Of a stretch of DNA of 64,000 bases, positions 30,501-39,439 are shown one piece after another. The position numbers and the translations under genes are program-made. Positions within the stretch are counted from its first letter, which is position 1. Each line of letters begins with the position of its first letter. This stretch comes from a virus (lineage: Duplodnaviria; Caudoviricetes). The stretch is from positions 192,001-256,000 of the IMG/VR virus record IMGVR_UViG_3300049988_000124; one strand, 5' to 3'. The notes beneath the pieces are model-generated. The model ran no database searches. It was not told the DNA's origin and was given only the letters and a program-made list of their open reading frames with translations.

Positions 30501-32902
30501 ACATCAAGTACGGCTTCGAGAAGACACTGTTTGGCGACCGTTATAGTAACGGTGAGTTCAAGGAGGGTACCTCACTTCTTGATCAGGCCCGAGATGGTCT
30601 AAAGGGTGCGATCACCAGCTTTGGTGACCAGCTCATGAACCTACCCAAGGATTTGTCTGAGGGTTGGAAGAAGAGCAACGTTCGCGCCGCTGGTAAGGCC
30701 GTTAAGGACGGTGTCATGTGGGCCGGGGGTAAGATCTCGGATGGTGCTGTTGGTACCAAGAACGCTTTTGCCGCAGCGATGAATGCCAAGGACGACATCA
30801 ACAAGCAGCCTGCTTCCATCTCTGCCATGATGGGCTTGGTGAAGGCTTTCCAGGATTTCTCGTGGAAGGACACCAAGAACAGCTTGTCGAATATTGATGC
30901 AGCCTCGGTTGCTAAGTATAGTTCGTGGTTGACACCTACTGGATTCATGACTGGTGTCAGTAACGCCATTTACGGATGGTGGACGCAGTCGGACGATTAC
31001 AATGATCCTGCAAAACCTTTGTACAAATACGTCGATCTAGTTCTGGGGGCCTACGGGATCAAGAACCGCACCCTCTACAAGTACCTTCACTCGATCGAGA
31101 CCTCGCAAGAGAAGATCAACAAGAATCAAGCAAAGCCCTTCGATGATCAGGACATGGCGTTCATGGCTGGTCGTTTCGGGTTTGATTCCAAGAACAGTGA
31201 TGCGGTGAACTACTTCAAGATGTGGTACAAGCGCCGCTTCTTGCCCGCAATGCTCGTTATCGACAAAGCCTTGAAGTCACGTCGTCTCACGTTTGATTCG
31301 ATACTGGCCGCTGATGATAAGCAGGTCCTTGCCCTCAATGATGTCTTGAAGAAGGAGATCGCTGGTGCAGGGCTAGCAGCCATTGGACTGGAGCCTTCAG
31401 TCTCAGCGTATAACAAATACGCCAAGGAAGGGGTAAAGGATCCCGGTGGTCTGAGTCAGTCAGCGCTTAACAAGGATAAACCGTACGATCCTCGTGATCC
31501 AAACAACCGTGTCAATTCAGAGAACGCTAACGGATACAATCCCAGCGCCTCTGGTGGTACCAACGGTGGATCAGGTTCACCTAATTACGACACAGGTGAG
31601 GGTCTATCGGAACCAGAAGCCAAGCGTAAGAAAGCAGCGATGGTGAATGGTAGGATTCCTGATCAGCCAGAGTTCAAAGAAGCGTTTAATGCTCTCCCAG
31701 TTGCGGTAAGAAACAAGGTCAAGAACTCAAAGGCTCTTCAGTTCATCCTCTGGTCTTCAGCTATTCAGCACGGACCTAAGTATGCCGCGTTGATCTTCCA
31801 GCGAGACTATGTTGAGCAGGACGATGAGACCACCTACGTTCGAAAGATCTATCAGGATCGCTCGCAGCAGTATGGAAACCTGTCTGCCGATAATCGTGCC
31901 CAAGCATCTGCATCATTGGGTAGAGAACTTCGGTTTGCTGGTAGCATCATGAATGGTACTGCTGACATGACTCGAAATAATCTCGAGGGAATGGTCAGTA
32001 ACGTTCTTGATCCATCTGGTGGATACGATACCGCCAAGTATAAGAACCGTAAGGGTAGACTGCCCATCACTCCGTCTGTTAAGAAAGCAGTGGAGGATGC
32101 GGCGGCTGAGTTTGGAGTTAGCCCGGTTGAACTTGCTGGACTAATGTCTTACGAGAGCGTTGGTTCGTTCAATCCAACCAAAACTGGTGGAGACGGTGGA
32201 CGATTCCAGGGCTTGTTCCAATTCGGTCCTGATGAGAGAAGAGAGTACGGGGTAAACAATCGAAGTAGTTCTGAAGAGCAGATCAGAGCGTTTGTCAAAT
32301 TTGCCAAGAATCGTGGTTTCAGAAAGGGGATGCCCTGGACTGATCTCTATACCACGATCAACGCTGGTGCTCCTGTTGGTACCAAAACAAGGCGCGGTAC
32401 GGTGTCCGTTCACTGGCGAGACAGTAATGGTAGCCAGCTGGATCACTACAACAACATCAGGAAGCATCACTTCGGTAATGCGGCTGCTTGGTTGGAAGGA
32501 GCGGGATCTAATCCCAACGCTCAGAGTAATGCTCCCAGATCTAAACCTGGGGGTAGCACACCGGCTGCGGGTGGGGGTGCTTCCAGTACACCTGCTCCTA
32601 AATCTCAATCAGCTCCTGCTCCCACTACGCCTAAGAAGCCTGCGGTAAAAGCTGCGCCGAAGAAAGTTGAACCCGCACATGACATGAATCAGTGGGGTAA
32701 GGCACTTGCTTCTTCGATGGATAACCACAGTAAAGCACTTCGTGAGCATGGTGATTTGGTCTCGAAGAACAGCAGTGGTGGTACTCCGAAGCCAAACAGC
32801 CCCACTGTGATCAGTCCCATCATCGTGGGTGGTCAGAAGGGTGGTGGTGAACATTGGGCCGCTGCCAGCATGAAGAAGTCGTTGCTGGTGACTGGTAAGT
32901 AA
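27500..32902 (+). CDS. Tape-measure-like tail protein with C-terminal peptidoglycan hydrolase domains (phiKZ gp181-like)
   Basis: 1800 aa, Ala/Gly-rich helical core, SLT-like 'LMSYES...GLFQF'; divergent from the RNAP genes, as in phiKZ. Confidence 0.85.
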   Translation: MSEDIQNNVATTSLNTLVDARIRTKAVQDEEYSKGDEGNKIAIKHQPLTDTEATTGRSWALAEIERTIAAEVLPVGRQKIQHFGMAMSRRNDFRLRDLARRLDRQTRMEFPDDVPTPRGAPRPKSGALQQIRDFDVRAHSFRQISTNATLASYQFQRNTVLPYMRKSLALDFQKTSLLKKVVGGISSLEKSVVAKLEAIKMNTGASAPTKVGLFTRLRNAVRDKQIDRVAGNIANRIMDRHSKTWQKHVAPIITKLNGIMKDDGPRGGFNGANRRITSKFNKLRKSLGRVGDEAPDPENPLSGFKQNAAKVGSRVLGGIVGAGQRFKLTPGMNKVVTAPLAMATDFASGLNPFSGGELDKGDIDDLEASIKKGSISGPGTPQITSIIGLLQDWKASAEAGQTQLLQHVSGIREHISSGMLAAPEINPRQKPTAGNVLKPKRVVRAKPKAADKAPTIAPSKTAVPLPVMKTEAAPAAPTPTAGPSRLGALGRKLAYSAVMGASSLSLKYREASQKTSNQFGRRLLNKLTGKDKSKTASTAPGVDKPKTKKRSLFSMLPSLGSLKAKASPLASTVTSIAGQTRDRAVMSATPYIAGAGAIAAGIGTVSKPALSFATAGLEQGQTEMTQIMAQLGGQLANINETIREGNTARTMYEGLQTKRQKLADTITSKLKIRKNSYEDMMANRKAKIGVPISDQLKNTAAALAASVKARWSKDGTTEGGEDSPSLIDQVKDMFLNKEDEDDDKKAAAQDDDETDEWGNKKKKGKNRSRSRFRRGRAGARDRLGRIRNIRSNRGVGGFLKRTVKGTGKLGLGVAKGLGRGSLGALKLGGKGALGALKLGGKGALTFAKSGVGMGAIGALAAGAAGSALEGSDAPDSVKALGGTLTSMASYGSTGAAIGGMFGGIGAVPGAAIGAAVGAIVANADAVSSALSKMSTAGLGAAKGIWSTIFGQNAKYDENGKIIQQEKTSILGDLKTAFFGRDAKYSADGQQIMSARGNILSNIKYGFEKTLFGDRYSNGEFKEGTSLLDQARDGLKGAITSFGDQLMNLPKDLSEGWKKSNVRAAGKAVKDGVMWAGGKISDGAVGTKNAFAAAMNAKDDINKQPASISAMMGLVKAFQDFSWKDTKNSLSNIDAASVAKYSSWLTPTGFMTGVSNAIYGWWTQSDDYNDPAKPLYKYVDLVLGAYGIKNRTLYKYLHSIETSQEKINKNQAKPFDDQDMAFMAGRFGFDSKNSDAVNYFKMWYKRRFLPAMLVIDKALKSRRLTFDSILAADDKQVLALNDVLKKEIAGAGLAAIGLEPSVSAYNKYAKEGVKDPGGLSQSALNKDKPYDPRDPNNRVNSENANGYNPSASGGTNGGSGSPNYDTGEGLSEPEAKRKKAAMVNGRIPDQPEFKEAFNALPVAVRNKVKNSKALQFILWSSAIQHGPKYAALIFQRDYVEQDDETTYVRKIYQDRSQQYGNLSADNRAQASASLGRELRFAGSIMNGTADMTRNNLEGMVSNVLDPSGGYDTAKYKNRKGRLPITPSVKKAVEDAAAEFGVSPVELAGLMSYESVGSFNPTKTGGDGGRFQGLFQFGPDERREYGVNNRSSSEEQIRAFVKFAKNRGFRKGMPWTDLYTTINAGAPVGTKTRRGTVSVHWRDSNGSQLDHYNNIRKHHFGNAAAWLEGAGSNPNAQSNAPRSKPGGSTPAAGGGASSTPAPKSQSAPAPTTPKKPAVKAAPKKVEPAHDMNQWGKALASSMDNHSKALREHGDLVSKNSSGGTPKPNSPTVISPIIVGGQKGGGEHWAAASMKKSLLVTGK

Positions 32903-32925
32903 TTTCAACAAAAAAGAAACTAGAG

Positions 32926-32955
32926 TAGAGAGGAGGGCTAATGCCCTCCTCTCTA
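32926..32955. terminator. Bidirectional hairpin at the late/early convergence
   Basis: tagagaggagggc-taat-gccctcctctcta. Confidence 0.8.
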
Positions 32956-32966
32956 TTTTGTCTCTG

Positions 32967-33434
32967 TTAGTCGATGGTGGTGCAGGCGTTGATCATGGTG
33001 ACCATGGCGCTGTAGCGAGCGAGATTCGCTTCGGTGAAGCTGACCGTGATCATGCGGTTGCCGCGCTTGAACGACTTGCTCCACATGTACTGGTCGAACT
33101 GCATGCCGGTCTCGATCACCCAGCCGTTACCAACGGTGGTCTGAACCATCTCGCGACTGGGATCGCGAACTGCCTTCACGTACTGGATCAGCGTGCGACC
33201 GCCACGATTGTTCTCGGCCGAATAGCCGAGCGTGCCGCTGGAGGAGAAGAACGCAGTGCCGCCCGCGTCGGTCGATTCCTTGATCTGCTGCATGCCGACC
33301 GGATAGCAGGACTTGTAGCCGAACTGGTTGTTGGAGTAGAGTTTCCAGCCACCGGGCAGCTGGGCTGAGGCCATCGAACTGATGCCCATGGTGACCAGGG
33401 CAACGGCGAGCATAATACGAGCAATCTTGAACAT
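32967..33434 (-). CDS. Secreted/periplasmic protein with Sec signal peptide (PsbP/DcrB-like fold possible)
   Basis: 'MFKIARIMLAVALVTMGISSMASA|Q' signal; 'YSNNQFGYKSCYP' motif. Confidence 0.7.
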   Translation of the reverse strand: MFKIARIMLAVALVTMGISSMASAQLPGGWKLYSNNQFGYKSCYPVGMQQIKESTDAGGTAFFSSSGTLGYSAENNRGGRTLIQYVKAVRDPSREMVQTTVGNGWVIETGMQFDQYMWSKSFKRGNRMITVSFTEANLARYSAMVTMINACTTID

Positions 33435-33492
33435 GTTACATCCTTTCTAAAAAGTGCTGATAGGAAGATTAGGGCAACCTCATATCAACTGT

Positions 33493-33500
33493 GTAATATG
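33493..33500 (-). promoter_or_regulatory. Early-promoter-like motif CATATTAC
   Basis: About 60 nt upstream of the 33434 start; matches the phiKZ early TATTAC consensus. Confidence 0.5.
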
Positions 33501-33533
33501 CATGTTCATTTTGTTGATGTTGGTTATTTCATA

Positions 33534-33827
33534 CTACCGACTGTCTCGCAGATGAGCTCTACCCTTCTCAGTGAGTCGGTAAGTTGGCTTGGGTGGGTTG
33601 GATAGTAACAACTTGGAGACCTCGATATATCCATTTGCTTCTAGACGATCGAGTGTGAGCTTAACCCTACCAATTGAGGGGTCGGTTTCAAACGCGTGAT
33701 AGATTTCAGCAAAAGTACTGTTTAAAGTACTGTTTGGTACCCCGTTTAGAATCTCCAGCATCTTGAGAGTGAAACGATCGTTGGGAAAGAACATCTTCTT
33801 CCAAGCGGCTTTGAATTTACTGAGCAT
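33534..33827 (-). CDS. PadR-like winged-helix protein
   Basis: 'LDRLEANGYIE...YRLTEKGRAHL'; the start at 33827 (MLSKF) is preferred over the tracked start. Confidence 0.6.
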   Translation of the reverse strand: MLSKFKAAWKKMFFPNDRFTLKMLEILNGVPNSTLNSTFAEIYHAFETDPSIGRVKLTLDRLEANGYIEVSKLLLSNPPKPTYRLTEKGRAHLRDSR

Positions 33828-34536
33828 GTTCTTTACCCTTTTTTTCGTAATACTCACGAATGAGCTTGGGTCTGGCAATCCAGCGCTCTACGTCTTGTGT
33901 TCGGTAGCCGAATAACCCTCCCATGATCCTGTATTTATCCTCATCAGAAACCTTCATAGAGGACACATTCTCGTAAAGAGGAATACGCCAACTCTCGTGG
34001 GGTAGATAAACATAGGCGTTCTGGTGACCGTGCATTTCCCTTTGTTGGTAAGTCAGACCGTGCTTCTTACAAAACTCCAATCTCGATGTCTTGGTACCGA
34101 TGATAGCGAAAGGCTTGAGACCTGCTACCATCAAGGTGAGTTCACGCATCGAATGAGGAAGTCCCCAGTGATGAGGTCCAGGAAGCGTGACCCCTCTGTT
34201 GATCTGGTCCTGCCACCAGGGTTCATACGCGATGTGTCCGTAAGGATCATCACTGTATGCCTCGTCGTAAGAGATCTCCTCAACGAGATCCCAGGGTGAG
34301 TAATCGTTAGGGTCAACCGTTACTCTACCATTAGGGTGGTAAGAATAAGACTTACTACCCTCGAAGATCGTACCATCGATTTGAAGCTTGCGGTCTCTAG
34401 ATCGTTCAATGGGAACTCTTTTGCCCTCATGATCCACGAGGATTACACCCATGGTCTTCATGGGATTATACTCTCGCACGAATATGGCATCACCCATCCG
34501 GTCGCGATAGTAATGATTGTTTTTCAACTCGAGCAT
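33817..34536 (-). CDS. Hypothetical protein
   Basis: 239 aa, overlaps both neighbours; N-terminal 'YRDRMG...YHPNG...DLVEE' phage domain. Confidence 0.7.
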   Translation of the reverse strand: MLELKNNHYYRDRMGDAIFVREYNPMKTMGVILVDHEGKRVPIERSRDRKLQIDGTIFEGSKSYSYHPNGRVTVDPNDYSPWDLVEEISYDEAYSDDPYGHIAYEPWWQDQINRGVTLPGPHHWGLPHSMRELTLMVAGLKPFAIIGTKTSRLEFCKKHGLTYQQREMHGHQNAYVYLPHESWRIPLYENVSSMKVSDEDKYRIMGGLFGYRTQDVERWIARPKLIREYYEKKGKEHAQ

Positions 34537-34925
34537 GGGTCTGCTCCTTCTTGTGGCATCTTGCTAAGATCAGCCCCGGCTTCTATTCCTGCTTCATCGA
34601 GTAGCTTATTCTCGTATTCGGGAACGAGAACAACTGCCGGAAAAGGACCATAAATCCGAACTTCACCGCCGGGGTTAATCCCAAGAGCACGACTAAGGAC
34701 CATAGCCTCATCGATGCTGTCAGCACGGATGTAGCAACCACCCAACCACTGGCTACCTTTTGGTCTGTTACCATCAGCGAAGCTCAGGTAGAAAGCATTG
34801 TCTTTGCTGAAGCCCCCTCTGGCGTTGAAGTCGGCCATGCCGATTTCTCGTGAAGCGGCGATCCTTGCCCTGACTTCATCGTCGGTGTAGGGAGATCCTG
34901 GCCATTGACGATTAGTATCTGTCAT
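34524..34925 (-). CDS. Hypothetical protein
   Basis: 133 aa, AAGGAA RBS, in operon. Confidence 0.7.
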   Translation of the reverse strand: MTDTNRQWPGSPYTDDEVRARIAASREIGMADFNARGGFSKDNAFYLSFADGNRPKGSQWLGGCYIRADSIDEAMVLSRALGINPGGEVRIYGPFPAVVLVPEYENKLLDEAGIEAGADLSKMPQEGADPCSS

Positions 34926-34936
34926 CGTACGCTTCC

Positions 34937-35758
34937 TTATACAGAGCTGATCTGAACGTTACCGTAGAATCTACATGCAGAGAGATCGCTCATCATCTTA
35001 ACGTAGACGTCGCGGGAAACGGTTGCTTTCAGAACAACGTGAGTGGTCGAATTATCTTGACGATTGAGATGGATCATCCCGTGAATGGTGACCTCGTAGG
35101 AAGGATCCAATCCTATTTGACAATCCACCGATGTTACGAGACATGGACCGTTGCAGATCTCCTGCGCTTTCAGGATCACTGCATCGTAGTCGAGTTCTTC
35201 CATGTCCCAAGAAACTTCAAGGGGAACCTCTCTTGGAGCAGGTGGTGTATAGCCACGAGTGATCCCGGAAGTCATCATCGTAGCCAAGAAGGAGAATATG
35301 TCGTCGACATCTTCTTGCGGTTCATAACCGAGAAGATCAACTACGCGCTGATGATGTTCTTGCCACGCTTTGGGGATGATGTGGCGATGAACAACCATCC
35401 CTTCCGCGTGCGTCTTGGTGTGATCATAGTCGGCACATTCGAATGGTTTGAAATCATGGATGGCGCATTTACCCTCCACGAACCACCGACATACTCCGCG
35501 AGGATCGCTCGGAAAACAGTCGCCCGGCTCGTGGTTTACTACAGCTGGACTGAGGATCAACACCTTTGGCTCATCGCCACCATGGTAGTTACCATCTGGA
35601 CCAGCGAGGTCGACGTAATCCACCATGAGGTGATTGTCGAATAACTCCTTCTCCGTTAGACCAAGATGATCAGCGAGTGGTTTAATTTGGTCAGGGAGAA
35701 ACCACCCGGGCTTATACGAGCAAGCCGATTTACACACATCACACGAGCATTCAGACAT
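34937..35758 (-). CDS. YkgJ / CxxCxxCC family cysteine-cluster protein
   Basis: 'CSCDVCKSAC', 'CRWFVEGKCAIHDFKPFECADY'. Confidence 0.75.
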   Translation of the reverse strand: MSECSCDVCKSACSYKPGWFLPDQIKPLADHLGLTEKELFDNHLMVDYVDLAGPDGNYHGGDEPKVLILSPAVVNHEPGDCFPSDPRGVCRWFVEGKCAIHDFKPFECADYDHTKTHAEGMVVHRHIIPKAWQEHHQRVVDLLGYEPQEDVDDIFSFLATMMTSGITRGYTPPAPREVPLEVSWDMEELDYDAVILKAQEICNGPCLVTSVDCQIGLDPSYEVTIHGMIHLNRQDNSTTHVVLKATVSRDVYVKMMSDLSACRFYGNVQISSV

Positions 35759-35778
35759 GCGTTTCTCCTTTGTCTTTC

Positions 35779-36207
35779 TTAGACGCTATCACCGACCGCG
35801 TCTTTAGACTCAGTGTAAGTTGCTTGATGAGCGTGAGCTTTGAGCCAACTAGCGGCAAGAGAAAGAGGCATGGTCTCTGCGCGCGATGGGTAATCCAAGC
35901 CCCCTACCGGTAAACCAACACCGTTTAGTAGCCGCGCTGTTCGGTACGCATAGTTCAACTCTGGTACTAACCACGGTAGACCTTTACCCAGTAACATCGC
36001 TGCGTCAGTATAACCACCTACCTCACAGAGTTTGTAATAAGGATTATATTTGTTCAACCAGTCGGTGAGTTCATCAGAACCACCAAGAACGCGTTCTGGT
36101 TTTGGACCATGTAGTGCTTCAAAGGCGGTACGAAAATTATCAAGATTGTGACCGGTTTCTTTCTCCAGCATTTCAGCCGTGTTAAGAAGTAGCTGCGATC
36201 TCAACAT
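35779..36207 (-). CDS. Hypothetical protein
   Basis: 142 aa, AAGGAA RBS. Confidence 0.7.
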   Translation of the reverse strand: MLRSQLLLNTAEMLEKETGHNLDNFRTAFEALHGPKPERVLGGSDELTDWLNKYNPYYKLCEVGGYTDAAMLLGKGLPWLVPELNYAYRTARLLNGVGLPVGGLDYPSRAETMPLSLAASWLKAHAHQATYTESKDAVGDSV

Positions 36208-36208
36208 G

Positions 36209-36928
36209 TTACGTTCCTTTACTGGTTAAGAAGGCGTCGACGTCCCACATGGTCAGAGTACCGCCAAAGACCGCACCAGTGTCAATCCATGAACGATTAC
36301 CACAGGTGAACGGAACAGCGATGGGAGTGTGTCCATGAAAGACATGGTCGATGTTGGCTACTTCTGCAAACGTAGCCGGAGGATCTTTCTTCGTAGCAGC
36401 TTGCATGTCCATCAGTCTCTTGATGGTTTCACGCGACCATAAGGACAAGTCGTACACCCACACTTTGTGCAGCTGATGAACATGGTGATTCCAGTCTCGC
36501 CCACAATCAGCGTGAACAACACCGATTCTACGACCACCAGGTGTAGTGATGGTAAGTGCCACTGGTGCATCCTCGAACTTGGCTGCGATCTGCTCGATTT
36601 CTTCTCGAGGTAGTTTGGTGAACCAACTTCCGCCGAAGTTCTCGTTCGCCATTACTTTATCGATTTGTCTGTCCAAGTACATCCTGGGAGCGATGTCGTG
36701 GTTACCAAGAACACGGTAAACCCAAGGGTTGTCAATGAAGTCGATCATGGCCTCGCTGTTGGGACCACGATCAGCTAGATCCCCCACGAGAACGAGGACG
36801 TCATTACTCTCGTTGAAGTTCTGCTTAGCGAGCTCGTCGAGGAGCATCTGATACTCACCGTGAATGTCTCCTGCGACAAACACGCGAGTCTTGTGGGAGA
36901 AGTCGAGAATCACGTGCTTGTCGGTCAT
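36209..36928 (-). CDS. Metallophosphoesterase (lambda-phosphatase/PrpA-like Ser/Thr protein phosphatase)
   Basis: GDIHG, GDLADRGP, GNHD, HGHT and IDTG motifs all present. Confidence 0.9.
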   Translation of the reverse strand: MTDKHVILDFSHKTRVFVAGDIHGEYQMLLDELAKQNFNESNDVLVLVGDLADRGPNSEAMIDFIDNPWVYRVLGNHDIAPRMYLDRQIDKVMANENFGGSWFTKLPREEIEQIAAKFEDAPVALTITTPGGRRIGVVHADCGRDWNHHVHQLHKVWVYDLSLWSRETIKRLMDMQAATKKDPPATFAEVANIDHVFHGHTPIAVPFTCGNRSWIDTGAVFGGTLTMWDVDAFLTSKGT

Positions 36929-36948
36929 GGATTATTCCTTGTCTAAAT

Positions 36949-37968
36949 CTAAAGGGCAAAGCCCATTGTGGGACGGACCTTGGTTTGTGGTCCTGATTGG
37001 AAGAGCTGAGAAAGAGTTCTGGATTCACCCGGATCAGCAATACCCGCAGCCGCCGCTGCGCGCGTTACCTCTCTGGCAGTAAGCTCTCGGAAGATCAACG
37101 TCTCAAAACACCTTCCGGGGCGAATGAGTGCTGGATCAACCTCGTTCAAGTTAGTAAGGTTAGCGGTGAAGATAATCTTCTTCTTGGTCTGGACCAGTCC
37201 GTCACTGGCATTCAAGAGCTTACCCATGACCTTGTTGCCGCCTTCCCTGTCACGCAGGATAATGTCGGCATCCTCTACGACGAGTAGGTCGTAAGGCTTG
37301 TTCATGAACTCGATGAAGAACTTGTCCTTCTTCATGAGGTCCTCATCATACGTTACGGCAGCGGACAGATCGTTGCGGTTGATGAGGTCGCGCACGAAAC
37401 TGGTCTTACCACAACCAGGATCACCGATCATGAGAAGAACGTTTGCCGTGGAATCCAGGAACTGACGTTGGAACTCTGCAACAGAGGGTTGGATCCAAGG
37501 AACGTACTCGTCCTTCATGTCGTAATTGTGCGAAAGTTCAACCGTGGTCTTGTCAGGCTTACCGTCAACCGCGTGATACCAGTCTACGCTGTTGGACTTA
37601 GTTCGGGGATGCTTTTCCTCAAGGATACGGTGAACGCGAACAACTTCATCTATCTCCCCGTAAAGAATAACACTACCGGTCCGCTTTATTTCTTTCAAGG
37701 CTGTCGGGTAAGCGTAAATACTGACGACCAGTTCACTGAACTTAATGGTCAAGAATTGGCTGGTCGGTACTGTCTGAAGTGGCTGTCTTCCAACCGCTTC
37801 TGCGATAGACTTCATCAAGGCTGGAATGTTACCGAAGAATTCGATACGAGCAACACCCCTGAAGAGAAGGTCGATACCCAACTCCTCGGCCATCTTGGTC
37901 TCGATAATCGTCGCGACGCCAGAAACAGTATTGTACTGAGCAACATGTGTAAGATCCTGGTACAGCAA
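36949..37968 (-). CDS. AAA+ ATPase (paralog 1)
   Basis: Walker A GDPGCGKT, Walker B VVEDAD, SRH 'DPALIRPGR'. Confidence 0.9.
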   Translation of the reverse strand: MLYQDLTHVAQYNTVSGVATIIETKMAEELGIDLLFRGVARIEFFGNIPALMKSIAEAVGRQPLQTVPTSQFLTIKFSELVVSIYAYPTALKEIKRTGSVILYGEIDEVVRVHRILEEKHPRTKSNSVDWYHAVDGKPDKTTVELSHNYDMKDEYVPWIQPSVAEFQRQFLDSTANVLLMIGDPGCGKTSFVRDLINRNDLSAAVTYDEDLMKKDKFFIEFMNKPYDLLVVEDADIILRDREGGNKVMGKLLNASDGLVQTKKKIIFTANLTNLNEVDPALIRPGRCFETLIFRELTAREVTRAAAAAGIADPGESRTLSQLFQSGPQTKVRPTMGFAL

Positions 37969-38001
37969 TGATATTCTCCTTCAAGGTGATGAGGGTTAGG
38001 G

Positions 38002-39027
38002 TTAAAGAGCGAAGCCCATTGTGGTGGAAGGCTTCGTGGTCGGGCCAGTGGAGAAAAGACGCGACAAGGTCGTGCGCTCTTCTGGCTCGGGAAGATTCAT
38101 CTCCGCTGCTACTGCTTTTGCCTCAATGAGAGACAATTCACGAAACATCAATGTCTCGAAACAACGACCTGGCCTGATAAGGGCGGGGTCAATCTCATTG
38201 AGACTAGTGATGTTAGCCGTCATCACGATCTTCTTCTTGAGTGAGATAAGACCATCACTGACGTTGAGGAGCTTGTTCATGGTCTTATTACCTTGCGTGC
38301 GATCGCGCAGCAAGACGTCTGCATCCTCGAGTACCAGAAGGTCATTATGACCCGTGACAAAATCAGCGAAGAACTGATCCGTCGCCATCATGTTGTCATC
38401 GTAGGTAACCGTGGTTCCCAGCTTCTGGCTATGAATAAGGTGCCGGATAAAGGTGGTCTTTCCGGTACCAGGTTCACCGAGTAGGAGGAGTATGCTTGCA
38501 TCGCTATCGATGTAGGATTGGACAAACGACGCAATACCCTGACCAATCCACGGGTAGAAACTATCACGAGGAGTGTTCTTGACTTCGAGAAGCACTGTTT
38601 TGGTCATCATTCCACGCTCAGTCATGAACGACCAGTGAACGTAGGTGTCTTGCTGTCGTACGTGCTTTCCAAGACGATCGTGAATTTTCTCGATTGTCTC
38701 ATATTCACCGTAGAGAAACACATGTGTATCTCTGTTGAAAGAATGGAACATCTTTCCTTGATGATCGATCTTGATCACCAATTTATCAAAGACGATCAAG
38801 AAACCGTCAAAGAAAGGTTCAGTGCGGATTAGTTTACTATCAACGTAACCGCAGATGAGATCGACGAGATCTTTGTACGTACCCTTGATCATTATCTCGA
38901 TGGACGCTATGAACAACTTCTCTACGTTTTGATCACTCATGATTTCACTGGCACGCAGGAAAGCCTGAGACATTCCAACACTGTTGGAAATACTAAATGA
39001 TGATTGAATGTTGGTCTTCATGATCAA
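38002..39027 (-). CDS. AAA+ ATPase (paralog 2)
   Basis: GEPGTGKT, VLEDAD, 'DPALIRPGR'; same C-terminal 'TMGFAL' as paralog 1. Confidence 0.9.
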   Translation of the reverse strand: MIMKTNIQSSFSISNSVGMSQAFLRASEIMSDQNVEKLFIASIEIMIKGTYKDLVDLICGYVDSKLIRTEPFFDGFLIVFDKLVIKIDHQGKMFHSFNRDTHVFLYGEYETIEKIHDRLGKHVRQQDTYVHWSFMTERGMMTKTVLLEVKNTPRDSFYPWIGQGIASFVQSYIDSDASILLLLGEPGTGKTTFIRHLIHSQKLGTTVTYDDNMMATDQFFADFVTGHNDLLVLEDADVLLRDRTQGNKTMNKLLNVSDGLISLKKKIVMTANITSLNEIDPALIRPGRCFETLMFRELSLIEAKAVAAEMNLPEPEERTTLSRLFSTGPTTKPSTTMGFAL

Positions 39028-39034
39028 TACTTCC

Positions 39035-39388
39035 TTATTGATAGCAGAAGCGACTCGTAAGGTCGCTGCGGTCTATTGCCTGCTCAGGTGGTTTATTCTT
39101 GTAGGTAACGGTGTTGATCTTGACCAAGATTTGTTTACCGACCGGGAGTTCTTCTGGACCACTCGGACAACGCTTACTACCTAGCCTTTGTTCAGGCCAG
39201 CGCTTTCCATCCTCGGTTTCTAGGGAAACCCAGAACCGGCGGCTGAGACCACGAGCATCCACGACGGTGGCATTCACATTGATAGTGCTGGTCACTTGTC
39301 CCAAGTCACACGCCGACAATGTACCAACTAACAAGCACAGTGCGATGAGTTTTTTCACGTTACTTCCCTCTGTCTCATTACTAATCAA
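39035..39388 (-). CDS. Lipoprotein
   Basis: 'MKKLIALCLLVGTLSAC' lipobox (GTG start inside the tracked ORF). Confidence 0.7.
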   Translation of the reverse strand: MISNETEGSNVKKLIALCLLVGTLSACDLGQVTSTINVNATVVDARGLSRRFWVSLETEDGKRWPEQRLGSKRCPSGPEELPVGKQILVKINTVTYKNKPPEQAIDRSDLTSRFCYQ

Positions 39389-39439
39389 TCGGTATCACTA
39401 TCTGGGTCACGACCCAGATAGTGATGTGTTGGTGGAAAT

